Assembly (NCBI GenBank): GCA_051362555.1 | Contig: CM120640.1 | Span: 51,624,788 to 51,688,787, forward strand | Direction: 5' to 3' | Length of the DNA: 64,000 bases | Source: Lingula anatina | Taxonomy: Eukaryota; Animalia; Brachiopoda | Part shown: positions 22,909 to 35,700 of the stretch, in pieces | Layout: every line of letters starts with the position of its first letter | Position numbering within the stretch: position 1 is the stretch's first letter | The notes under the pieces: generated by a model | Seen by the model: only the letters and a program-made list of their open reading frames with translations | What the model was told of the DNA's origin: nothing | Database searches by the model: none | Position numbers and translations under genes: made by a program

Positions 22909-25900
22909 GGTAAGAACTTATGCATGTATGCTTCTAAGAACTTAACACGAAATTGCAAGATTTTTCTGCATTTTGATGGCAGTATATTTTGTATGTTTTT
23001 CTGCACAAAAAGTTACATGACATGGTTGGATGTGAACCTTGGCATAATAAATTGAATTCTGCAGAGGTCAAATGAGCACATGGTGTCATTGGCTTTCACA
23101 GATTTCCCCAGAATTCTTGGTAATGCCATGTAACAAAGCTATTATCGCTTGATAATTTTTTGACTAATGATTATAAGATTCATTATTTTGCATGTACAAA
23201 GTCTTTCAATTTGTTGCATGAGGACATTATAATCATTACATATAATGCCCCAGGTGTGTAATTTTATTTACAGTTTGTCATCAAATTGCAATTCTTCTGA
23301 TTTTCTGCAACTGTATTACTCTGACCTTCCACACCATATGCTGTTTGAACATCCATATTTATGGGAACAATTTCATGAAGTATTGTAGGTCCAATAGATA
23401 TGAAATTCACATTTTAAACACTTTTAGATATGTAAGCACCTGATGACACTTTTAATGATTTCAAGTCAAAGTAGCCATAGAATCTTGCAATAAGCCTGTG
23501 AATTTCCCCCAAAGCCCGGACTACCTCACCCATATCCCTATTATAGTCATTGAACCCGAATCATACACATGATACCACAGGTAAAGGTATTTTGGTTGCA
23601 CGGTGGATAGGCAGAAGCAGCTGCTAACATGGAAACATGGCATACTTGTAGTACAGTAGCCCCTCTCAGACAGGCTCAATTAGGTGCACAAGAGCAGTAC
23701 TCCCCTTCCCCCTGCTTTTAACCAAAAATTTTCCATATCTGATCAAAAATATTTTCCATAAATAACCTGCCTCAAAATATTAATATTATTTCTAATTATT
23801 GCAGGTAATGCATAAAAATGTCAGAGGTTATTACAGAAAGGTCATCCATCAGTATGATTAATTACATACCCTTTTAAATCTACTATATTTAAGTTCATAC
23901 CCCATGAAATGCCAGCAAAGTTGTCCCCATCAGTAAATTTGTCTATTAGTGAGTTCAACAATATATACTGTTAACTTGAATTTAACATGTTGCCTCTAAA
24001 TAACTGTATAAAAAGCCATTTTTTGAAAAAATACATGCTCGTAATAGAAAATATTATACAGATTGCATCAGCTATTATTCCAGTCATCTTTTTCATGCAT
24101 ATTTCAATACAGATGCATTTATTGCTTCATGTTGGATTACTACCATTCCAAATTTCAGACTTTTATATGCATCAAGTAGTATGAAATTTTCTTTTGGCTG
24201 AAATAAATGCCTTTTTGCCCTTGATCCAGAATAAATGAAGTAGTCTGTATGGATGTATCCTGCTGCCTCAGCAATGTAATAAGCACCTGTCTTACCTGGC
24301 TGGACTAGCTGGTTCACATTAACTACTTACCTGTTATGAGAATCTACCAGCAAGGAAAGCACATTCCATGTTTATTTGAGACAGGATTTGCACTGGAGTT
24401 GGATTTGATTTCACCCTATGTAGATCATGGATTTAGATTTGAGGCTGAGAAAAAGATGAGGTTATCTAATGAGTATAGCTCATGTAGTTTCAGTACTAGA
24501 TTATTTTTTTCTCTATTGCTTGATGTATATCTAAAGGTTCTCAATTTTTTACCTCCTAGAAGAAATTTAGACCTCCTAGGTCTGCAAAAGCTAAGGAAAA
24601 TGCACCAAACCGTAACTACGAGGAATTAATGCACTCATTTTCAAAAACAATTCATTAAGTTAGTGCAATTTGCAAAAGAACACTGCCCTTTCCTAAAAGA
24701 AGCTCCTCTCCATCTCTTAAATATGGAAAACATGGACGCATAGTTGGAACTGAATAAGAATGCAAAAGTAAGTAACATGTGGTATCCTCCCATGGATGCC
24801 CAGTTGTGTAAATATCTGAAACAACTCCAAGTATAAGAATTCCAAATGATCAAGTGAACAAAACTGGCTTGAGAGAAATACTTTCCATAGTTTTTCATAT
24901 CTCCTACCATTAAAAAAAGATAAATATTAAAAAATAAATAATAATAAACTCAGAAAAGAGTGTTTTGACAGGTCAGTGGAAATGGGTTATTCACAGATCA
25001 TAATAAACTCTCCAGATAGATTTCAAATTTGTGAATTAAAATTCTGAAATGTTTCAGAATGTGTAACATAAACGGAAAAAAATAAAGCTAGGGATAATTA
25101 CCATAAAAGAAGTGAAGTTACCATAAAAAAAGTTTAATGACGAATTACCATGTGATAACAGATGCAATTTAATGTTTTCTTCCATAAGATATAAAAAGTC
25201 ATTTTGTATGAAATATCTTTTGATCCACCAAAAGTAATTTGATTACTTCAAAAGAAAATTGTACTTGAGAGGGAAAAAACATTCAGCATGGCTATTCAGA
25301 TTTATTAGATTAAGTATATAAAAAACACAGAATGCAATAAAATGAATTTTCAAAAGCCTAGGGTATTACATTTAATTAATGTCTACAAAAAGAAAACAGT
25401 TGATTTTAGACAAACTGCATAGTGGACACACCTATATCTTTCAGAGCTTGTGGACCTTGATTAAAAAAAAAAACTTTACTGATAGTCTTGATTAGATCTG
25501 CCATATATCACTCAGGTGTTGAGAGAGTCTGTTCACCTTGTTGTAGAGGGTAGAGCTCCCACCTTGCACTGGAGGAGTATTAAGTATCACTCAGGCCATA
25601 TTTAACTCTGCACACTGTTGCTAGAGTATGGAGAAAGCTTACACCTGTGGACCTCTCCTTATATGTAACAGGAGGAGATACTCAAATCAGAAATAAACCC
25701 AAACTTCTCACAATGTTAATCCTGGTAGGACAATTGCCTTGGTGACAAAAATAGAAATACTGATCTTGGAATCGAAGTTTTATTGTAAATAGGATGGTTA
25801 TTTTCCCAGGGTCAAGTTCAGACATGTTGAAGTGTCTATGGTGGGCTTAGTCTGAACAGCTGCCAAAAGGTGGCAGCACATGTCAATCTAATGAGTAATG

Positions 25901-26469
25901 TTGCTAAATACAAAAATAGGCATAGGAATATAAGGAAATAGGGTAGGAAAAAGCAGCATTTCTAGAAAGAATTTAAATTTTAATTTAATTACATTTTAAT
26001 TGCAAAGTTAAAAATTATATTTTTAAACAACCCTGTATGTATTTTTAAATTGCAAATGCTTTTTTTAGTCATTTCAGGTTATTATGTAGGTTATTTCAGG
26101 TTATTTAGTGTGCCTCATGCACCAGCATGTACTGGCGAAAATGTATGCAATCACAATTTATTAACCCTGTCAGATTTCCCAATATGTTTACCAATGTAAA
26201 GTGCACAGTTTTTAGTCAAATGCCACATAAATTCATCTAAAATTCCTTTTTGAAATGGATATGAGTACTGATATTTTACTTGATATCACGACAGGCTTAA
26301 ATTTCTCTAGAAACATACATATCTAGTTATCCAGAAAACACATTTCCTGTCTATGGAATAAAAGATACCCCATAACCATAAGTTTTCAATAAAAAAGAAG
26401 ATACTCCCATTTCTCAGTATAGTCTTTATAAAGCTAAAGAAGTCAGATACTTCAGAAAACATTTAAGAG

Positions 26470-26639
26470 ATGGATTCCCAAATACATAGTTCTCAATCTG
26501 GAAAGAAGTCGCGGATTAAAGATTCTGCCATGTCTCAATCTGAGCCTCATAAGAAGGGGAAGACCAAGGTGACCAATGGCGCAGCTAATGCAGCCCAGCG
26601 TTATGAGCAATACAAGCATTTTGTGGAGTCCTCATCGAA
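26470..26639 (+). CDS. Candidate alternative N-terminal coding exon of myosin RLC (MDSQIHSSQSGKKSRIKDSAMSQSEPHKKGKTKVTNGAANAAQRYEQYKHFVESSSK)
   Basis: ATG at 26470 is preceded by an in-frame TAA. The frame is open for 170 nt to a phase-2 donor AA|GTAGGA, which splices in frame onto A-TTC-AAG-ATG-GCA at 26792. The donor is weak. Confidence 0.45.
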
Positions 26640-26798
26640 GTAGGAAATATATGCATAAAAAGTTGTAACTATTGTCAACAAAACTAGGAGTTTGATCAAA
26701 TCCTTTGTGAAAAAGTATTGAATAACGGATGCAAACTAACATTACTTAATTCTAACCATTTTATCAAAGTGCTTTTTATTTTTCATTTCAGATTCAAG

Positions 26799-29700
26799 AT
26801 GGCAGAAGACGTAAGTTTACTTTTATTCACATCACTTTTCTTTTAAAAAATTCCAAGAAAATATATTATTTAGTAGTATGGTGTTGTGAATTTTAGAACT
26901 ATTAGATAAATATGCCAAAAGAACATAATTGTAACTTCAGAGTGATTTAGTTTTTCATGTTAAGGCATAAAATTACTTTTCTTTTTCCATCCATGCTTTT
27001 GATATGCTTAGAATTTATTTGCAATTAAATGTATATATTTTTATTTACAATTGAATTGATAGATTTTATTAACATTTGGATTTATTGTTTACTCTTGATT
27101 GCAAAACGTAAATCATTGCATCAGTAACCTGATTCAGCTTTTTTATGTTACCTCATTGATTTCCATGTAAATGCTCATTATACGCACTTGGCAAATTCCT
27201 CTTTCAGATTTACACCTTTGTGTTTATTCATCTAGAAAACATTTTGTTTCAGTGTACAGGAACAGAGCCATTACATTTTTGTGAACTGATTTGATTTGAT
27301 TGTTATTGTTGTTTAGGTTGTTTAATACTTTGGAATGATAATGCTTAGGTCTTAACCTAAGAGATGCAAAGCATATTATTTATTGCACTTAGTAGTTTAC
27401 TGGATTACCTAAAGGTGGCAGCACAGGTGAGCCATATAGATGGCAGCACAGGTGAGCTATGTAGCCAGACCAATATCAGTGTGCTGCAAGACATTATAAT
27501 ACCTGAGCAGGTAAAGCTCTAAGGAAATCAATTCCAGGACAGCACACTGACTGGATATGTTTTAGAAATTATTCACAGCATTTGCCAGAAATTTGAGCCG
27601 AAAGTGTTCGAAAGTCACCCTTAGCAAAACGGTGCAAAGGATATGGTTTCATATAACATGGAGCTAATGATCAGTAATGAACCCCAGCCTCCCCTTGTTA
27701 AAGAATCCAAAACTGCTGGATGCAGCCTCATTAATTTCAGAAATGTTTGAGGGTCATGCTCAGGGTAGTGAGCTATTGGTTTATGGTTTATATGGATATC
27801 AGGCTTTTTTTCTACTGAACTACTTCAGCAGCATTATCTTTCATGACATCCAACTATTACCTACATAAATTCTTTAGTTTCTCCCCAAAGTAGATGAGAA
27901 GAAAGTTAAGTGTAAGAAAGTAAAAGGTCATTTACAGTGCCATTATGTCAGTTTTAGTTGTCATCTTATAATTGTTGAAAGAAAAATTTGAATTTGCACT
28001 TGGTTCATATGTTACAAAACAGTATTGAAGGTAGACTCAATTGACAATACATTGCATTTTATATAGTAAGTTTTGAATAGCTTTTTTAAAACATGATTGA
28101 GAAAGAAATGGAGAATGCAAATGCACTCATATGAAACATAAAATGTAGTGTTGATTGACACACACACACAAAGACACACACTGATTGAACATTGTCATAA
28201 ATTCATAATGGATGCTAGAAATGATGGTTTTCTACACAGCAAGAACCGAATATATTATTGATAAAAAAGGAATTTCTAACCAAAACTATAGGCATGAAGT
28301 CAAGACATGAAGTCAACACATGATGGAAATTAAAAGTACATTTGCCTAACACTTGTGTGTAATTAGTTCATATTTGAGGTTATTGTGTGCTGTGTTAGTT
28401 CTCTAACACCATATAATGGCCTCTCACTATATAAACATGTCTGAAGGATATAAGAAATACCTAGGAATCAATACAAATTACTATACAATATACTTTCACT
28501 AAAGGAAAAAAAGACTTTCTTTTTTTTCAGTTTCTTCTACAATGAATTTACTGTTGATATATAAGGCACATATTTATAGATTTTCCATTTCCATGTAATT
28601 TTTTTTATTAGAACCTATATTCAGCCATAGAATACTATTTTGAAAAATACCCCAGGCTATCACTTTTTTTTTGGTTTGGTATGTAAGGTATTTTTATCTG
28701 GCAAGTAAGACACCTTCATGATCAGATGTCAGAAAAAGCAGTACCTTTTTTTTTTTTTTTTGAAAAACCACACAAAATACAAGAATGCAGTGAATTAGGC
28801 TTGGTGTTAGGTCAAGTTTAGTGGGCTGGCATATACTTTATGGTGAATTAATGAATGAATACTGATTTTCTTCCCATTTTCTGCCCATTACTGCTGGCAT
28901 ATATCACAGAAAGGTAGACTAATTATTTTGACAGATGTAAAGATAAGAAATAAGTATAAATATTTCTGGGAAGAAGTTGATAATTACACCTTTTTCATGA
29001 TTTGAGATATTCATCTTTTTATATAGTATTGTAATATATATTCCTTTGTATTTAAAAAATGTGTGAACATTTAATGTAACAGAAACTCACCTGCCTCGCT
29101 GCTTTTTACCTGGAGGCAGGAAGTAACTGATAGTCCCTTGAAGGCCTCACTTCCTTGCACTAAGTAAGAGCACATTTACCTCATGAAGGAATTTTACAGG
29201 AGCATGCTTCTATCTACCTTTGACATTTGAGCAGTTTGAATAGATCAGTTCTGCAGGAAGAACAGTTTCCAAATATCTTTCTTAAGGTTATAGTCAATTG
29301 CCATAGGATCTAATTCATCAATATTTGCAAGTAAGATCATTGTGCATTCAGTTGTGTTTACAAAGTCAACATTGTGAAGAGGGGCTGTTTATGGTGTGAA
29401 AGTATTGGCTCTGAGTCACTCAGAGATTTGGATTATGATCCTTCATCCTCCAAGATCTAAAGATATACATATTTCTTGCAAAGTTTTACATATTTGATTT
29501 GTACCACTTCCTCTATCTTTGAAGTTACATCTGAAAACTGCATCCATCATGTAATCATGTAGTCAAGTTGCATAGGGTTTGAATTACATGTCCTGGAGAA
29601 CTCAGCCAATCGCTGTCTTTCCTTGAAGTGGCTTTAATCAGCATGGCCAAATAATCCATAAATAGCTTCCCATTTAAGGTATACAGGGAGAGTACTGGGG

Positions 29701-32700
29701 CCCTCTAGGTTGTCTGTTTATTGAATGCAGACTATTACTGTCTTTCAAGCCAGGAAGATTCTATGTAAATTCTGCTGTGGCTTTTAGGCCAGAGATAGTC
29801 CCAGTGTGTTCAGGGCTTCCCCCACCCTTCCCACAAGTTTGAGAAATCATGGTAAGTACAGCTGTGTTTTTTATAAGCGAAAAATTGTGTACAACATAAA
29901 ATATAGTCTTAGTGGAACAGGTAACTGCATACGTGAGGACTTTTTATTGAATACCCAGACAGCTGACCTGGTTACTGTTCTGAAAAGAAAATTGCTAAAA
30001 GCTTTCAATTTTTTATCTGCAACATAAAATCAGTAAAAGTTGGGAGGGCAACTATAAGATCGGAAAACATGGGGTTTATTACTGTTTGTGAAATTCTTCA
30101 GGGCATATAGTCTTCACCTGAAAATGGTTCAGTGCAAGCGTCATCTAATTGAATCCTTGAGCAGTTAATTTATTCTTTAAGGGTAGCAATTTGAACCCTC
30201 TACAGTGTTCAATTAATAAGAAGAATGTATTACCGAACCTGACAATATGGTGGTCTTCCTTAAACTGAATGTTACTTTCAAACATTCAGAAATTTCATTT
30301 TAGCTATAAAAGTATACCAATACCACATTTTGCAACTTTCTCATGTGTAATGAAGTGTTAAGGAGTAGCTCAGAAATTTGAGAGGAAATCTGGCAGCTAG
30401 TTTAGATTAACATAAATGGGTAATTTCTGTGCCGTAATTCTCTGTTAAGACTTTAAAGTGTTCCTCTCTATGGGTACTTGTATATTTTTAGTTGGTGAGA
30501 GTTGAGAGTCTAATGCCTCGGCAAACATCTGTGGAAAGAGTATTTAAACAAGAAAAGTGCAGGCCATGAGGTTTATGTTTACCCAAAGCAGATTATGTAT
30601 TGTCTGTCTGTCAAAACTTCAAGCCTTTTCTATTTGATATATCTGGTTCTGGTTTCCTTTAGGCCAGCAAAGCAAGAGTTCAACGAGAGAAGGAAAAAGC
30701 TGCTGAGAAGAAAGCTGAAGAAGAAGCAAAGGATGCTGGGACTCCATCCACTAAAAAACGTGCTCAGCGCACTACCTCCAATGTGTTCTCCCTATTTAGT
30801 CAATCCCAAATCCAAGAATTCAAAGAGGTAACATAAGGAAGTTGTCAGGGTGTTTAATATAGAACATTGCATTTTATATTTACCACCATTTCATTGCAGA
30901 AAGTTAAAAAGTCTAAGGAAAAGGGGGGTGAGGAAGAGCCCAAGCGCGCCCAGCGTGCCACCTCCAATGTTTTCGCCATGTTCCCCCAGCATCAGATTCA
31001 GGAGTTCAAGGAGGTTGGAGATGCATGACAGTGTGGAGTGTGAATGCATGTGTCCCCATATGAACCAAATGGAATACAGTTTAATCTATTTTATGGATGT
31101 GATAACATTTACAAAACAGATAAAATCCCTGTTGTATTTTTGTTTATTTATTTGTTTATTTTGTGAATTGGAAAAATCCAACTAGAAGAATTATTTTTAA
31201 AAAGTTTTTTCTATGGTATATTGGGCTAATCCCTTGTCCATCCTTGTTTTAATGTAATCCTAAATTACCAGCCACAGCCCTCAAAATGGAATCCTGACCT
31301 GAAAGGATCTAGCTCGCCAAAACAAATATCTCTCACTCAGTGGGGGCCGCTAGTGTTGTATGAAGGTGTTTTTTGGGGTTTACCTTCTCCATGTGAAAAA
31401 ACATGAGCAGCCATGTCTATATCAGGCATGGCCAGACCAGTGAGAGAGTTTCTGCTACCTTCTACTACATCTGTTTTCTTGGACATTTTCCAGTGATTTC
31501 TTGAGAGAAACCATGTGGAATAATTGTCCATGTTCTTGAGAGTATTGGAAGGTAAAAAGATAAACTTTAAAGATTTTTTCCAAGTATAAAATGTGGTGCT
31601 TGAACTGTTTTGGAAAGGAGGGGGGCACTCGCCTTGTTCAAAGTTGTTTCCCTTATTTGCCTGTTTTGCCAGATTTTTATGGATCAAATACTTGCAAATT
31701 ATTTAAATATTCCCTTTTATTTTATTTTTCATTGTTTAGGCTTTCACCATGATTGACCAGAACAGGGATGGGTTCATTGATGTGGAAGATCTGAAGGACA
31801 TGTATGCTTCCCTTGGTGAGTTTGGTCCTTAATTAAAATATGTAAATCCTCTGTCGATGGGAAAACATTATGTTTTAGATCTCTTTAAATCTAACTGATG
31901 TTGTTTTATTTGAAAGTAAAAAAATATTGAATCCAGATAGCAGTTCAAGCATATGTACTCTGAACCTACCTGATCCATATATTAATCTCCTGCAGCTTTT
32001 AGCCTTTACTAATTCACTTGTTATTTTGTGGGCAGGAGAGCATACATGCTTACAAAACCTGGAGTTGTGATTTAGTAAGACTCCTTCAAATGTTCAGCCT
32101 CTGACTCATAGGGTTAAAGTACCTGGTATATAATCCAATTCAGGAAACATGGCTGTTACCTGCCCACAAAGTGAAATGTCTTAATCTATCTGGCAGACGT
32201 CTTTCTGAGATTGTGATATATATTCTTATAGGCTGAAAAGCATGAAGGTACTTGAAATAAACCACTCTTTATATGTATAGCCATTTATAACCTCTGTATC
32301 TATAACCATCTTACCTTCTTTTCAAGAAAATCAGTTAGTGCACAGTTTGTAATAGGTTATAACTTCCAGGTTATGTCAGTGAAAAATATTTATTTCTCAG
32401 GTGAAATTCTGTAGTTTGTCCAAGTTTATAGTTGAAAGGAAACTTGGCAATTGTGGTTTGGCTTCTTTAGGGCAACATATATTTTACTGAACATCACTTC
32501 AGCATCTTGAAATTTATAACCTGAACACATCCTGTGCACCTTTAATCATGCTCTGTCTTTTTCTCTGTTCATTACCTCATATAATGATGTTTTCTTTTTA
32601 ACAGCTATTTTATAATTCTTTCTTCAATGTTCTTTCTTCTTTGATTCCAGGCTATGAAGTTTTCTACTTCCTTAACTTCCACGCAGTGTAATACCTGTGT

Positions 32701-35700
32701 TTCTGTAGTTAGCCTCATTCTGCCCCCAGACAACATGGTGTTTTCAGTTAACATATAAGTCTGTTGGTATGATATTTCAAACTATTTTGTGACTTGTACT
32801 TTTTCATGAAATGCAGCATTCTTAGAAATTTTGGTTTAAACATACCTTCATTAATTTTGGCATAGCTATCATAATACTTAAATCATAAAATGGGACCATA
32901 TGTCATATTCAAGTCAAAGTTTACGATTCAAATTGGGCAGAAATTATTTATAAGCATTTTTAAAAAATCCACTTTTTTTCACCAAGTTGAAAATTCAAAG
33001 CTCAGTATAATGCCTATGTTGTCCAGCACCTGTAACAACCGACTAACCTTTTTGTAACATTTTAAAATTATCTTAATCTGTCAAAGCGAGTTTTTCATGG
33101 AACTTATAATAACCTTTTGCCAACCTTACATACCAGTCAATAAACAAACAACTGTAGTACCCATCTCTGTAACTGTCTCCCTGCCTTTATAGATATTGCA
33201 TAACAAGGAAAATTTCAACTCTAACTTCAAAAATTTTGATTTTCTAACTCTTTTCTCTTCCCTTTAGTTTTAGCCAGCCCCCCCCCCCCCCCCCCCCCCC
33301 CCCCAAACAATCACCAACCCACACAGCTCTTCCCTTCACTGTTAGCCCACATGAATGTATTGACTAATGTTGTACATTATTTGGGTTATTAGGTAGAGAA
33401 CCTACAAAAGCAGAGCTGCAGGAAATGTTAAAGGAGGCCCCAGGTCAACTGAACTTCACTGCTTTTCTTACTCTGTTTGGTGAGAAAACCCACGGTAAGT
33501 GGTGTGGCAAGTCTTCCCCAATGATCCAGTACCCCTCCCCCAAATTAACCACTCTTCTATCATAATATAGGCAGGGATCCATCAAGATCTGATCTGGAAG
33601 AAATGCTGAAAGAGGTCCATGGGCAGCTGAACTTTACTGCTTTTCTGACCACTTTTGGTGAAAAGCTCCATGGTAAGTAAAGGTGGCTGAATCTGTTGAT
33701 GCACAGACACTTTACACCTAAATAATTCTTCTATTACAACAGGCCGTACGCCTTCCACTCAGGATTGTGAGGAAATGTTGAAGGAGTGTGTTCATGGTCA
33801 AATGAACTTTACTGCCTTCTTAACTCTATTTGGTCAGAAGCTCCATGGTAAGTCTGGGCAGTATGTTACACATATCCAGCTATAGCATGCAGTGCATATA
33901 TACCAGAGAGAGAGAGAACTGTATATAGTGCATACACGTAGCATGATGCAAGACTTCCATGCTGCTACTGCCTCAATGGATATGAGACTAAAGGACCACC
34001 CAGTGTACATGTAGCTTCTTCATTTATTATGCCTGGAGGCTATTGTTACAAGCTGCCTTGGTGTACCTGTAGATAGAACACAAATGTGGAGTATTTTACT
34101 TGTTCTAAGAAGATCTTTAGGAGAGCTTTAAAGAATATAAAAGCAGATCTATGTTGCAAAATTTAAAGCTTGCTTTATAACTAGTCAATCTTATTTATTA
34201 GCAAAGATAATAAGTTGTATTTTCCAAGTCATTGTCATTTGTTTGCAGTACTGGAGTTAGATGTTTTGTACAGTACAGCGCTGTTCACATCATCTGCTCA
34301 GCTAGTTCTGTTCTACAAAAACTTGCATAAATTCAATGTAGGATGCCTTGGTCGGATATTTGATCAAAAATTATTTAACATAGACAGTTGCATGTATTTA
34401 ACATAGGTTGCTATTTTGACTAAAACTGTTCCAAGTTTCTGTATTCAGCATATAAATCTATTTTAGTGACAAAATCATATATTGATTTAAATATCCATTT
34501 AGTGAATATGTTATTATATGTATAAACTAAAGGCATGGTAATCATACTGGATATATGTAGACCAGATATAGACTGCTTGGCATCAGCAGAACCCCATATA
34601 ACATAGGGACCTCCATCTGGTGTTTAACTTACAGCTATCTGCTGGTGTCAATTATTCAATTTCTGGTCTACTGAGGTCTGGTTGTGAAAATGCAATAACT
34701 TTATCTGTAAATACATGTAGATCCTTCCTTTAGTAAGTCAACTGTTGTTCAACAAGTAGTTTCTTGTTATAACGTGTAGTGAAAATGTCCAGTTATAAAG
34801 ATGTATGCAACAGCTACTGGAAAAGACTGCAGAAAACCCTGCGAGCTAGATGGATTAGTTCCGCTTAAAATGTGTATCATAGCCCAAGAAAAGGAAAGGA
34901 AGAAGATGTGTTGGTAAATTCATGATAGCAGGAAGTATGCTGAGGGATCCAGGCATTAAAGCTGGCCATCTGTTACCAAAGCTACCCTACTCTACCTGTG
35001 GCATTCCCCTTTCTCATTTTCAGGATACCTGTTTGCTTTTAACTTCATATGGAGCTAATGTGTCTTATTTCAATGTTAACAAACAGTAAATAACTTGACC
35101 TTTAATATATAAGATGTTGGTATAGAGAAGAGGGAAAAACTTGTTTCTTTATTTGAAATTATTCTAAGAGGATAGAATGAACAGTAAATGGAAAGTTTCA
35201 GCGAAATATGTTTACTTTATTTCTGGTATGTTCTCCGTTTGCCAAGTTTATTTAATGTCAGTTTTATGGGAGTTTTTTTCAGTATCTTTCTGATGTTTAT
35301 AAACCTAGTGCTGTGATTGGTCACTCTTTCTGTTGTCTAGGTACCGATCCTGAAGGAACAATCATGGACGCTTTCAAGATGTTTGATGGAGAAAACGTAG
35401 GCTACTTGGAGGAGGAATAGTATGTGACGCTCTTTTTTTAGGTTTTATACAAAAGAAAAAAGTCAGCCATAAAATTTGACATTTATTTCTGTTGGGTATC
35501 TAAATGTTAGACCCACTAAGAATTTTTCGCTGTAAGGTAGTCATAGCTCAATCCTCATTACATTATTTGTTATCAGAAAATAAGAAATAATCATAATTAA
35601 CATTTTAAGTTAAGAATTTTTTTTTTAATAATCTTGTCTCGATTCTTTATGACATTTGTTTAGTGGAAACGTTTTTTTCTTGCCATATAGTTTCAAGGAT

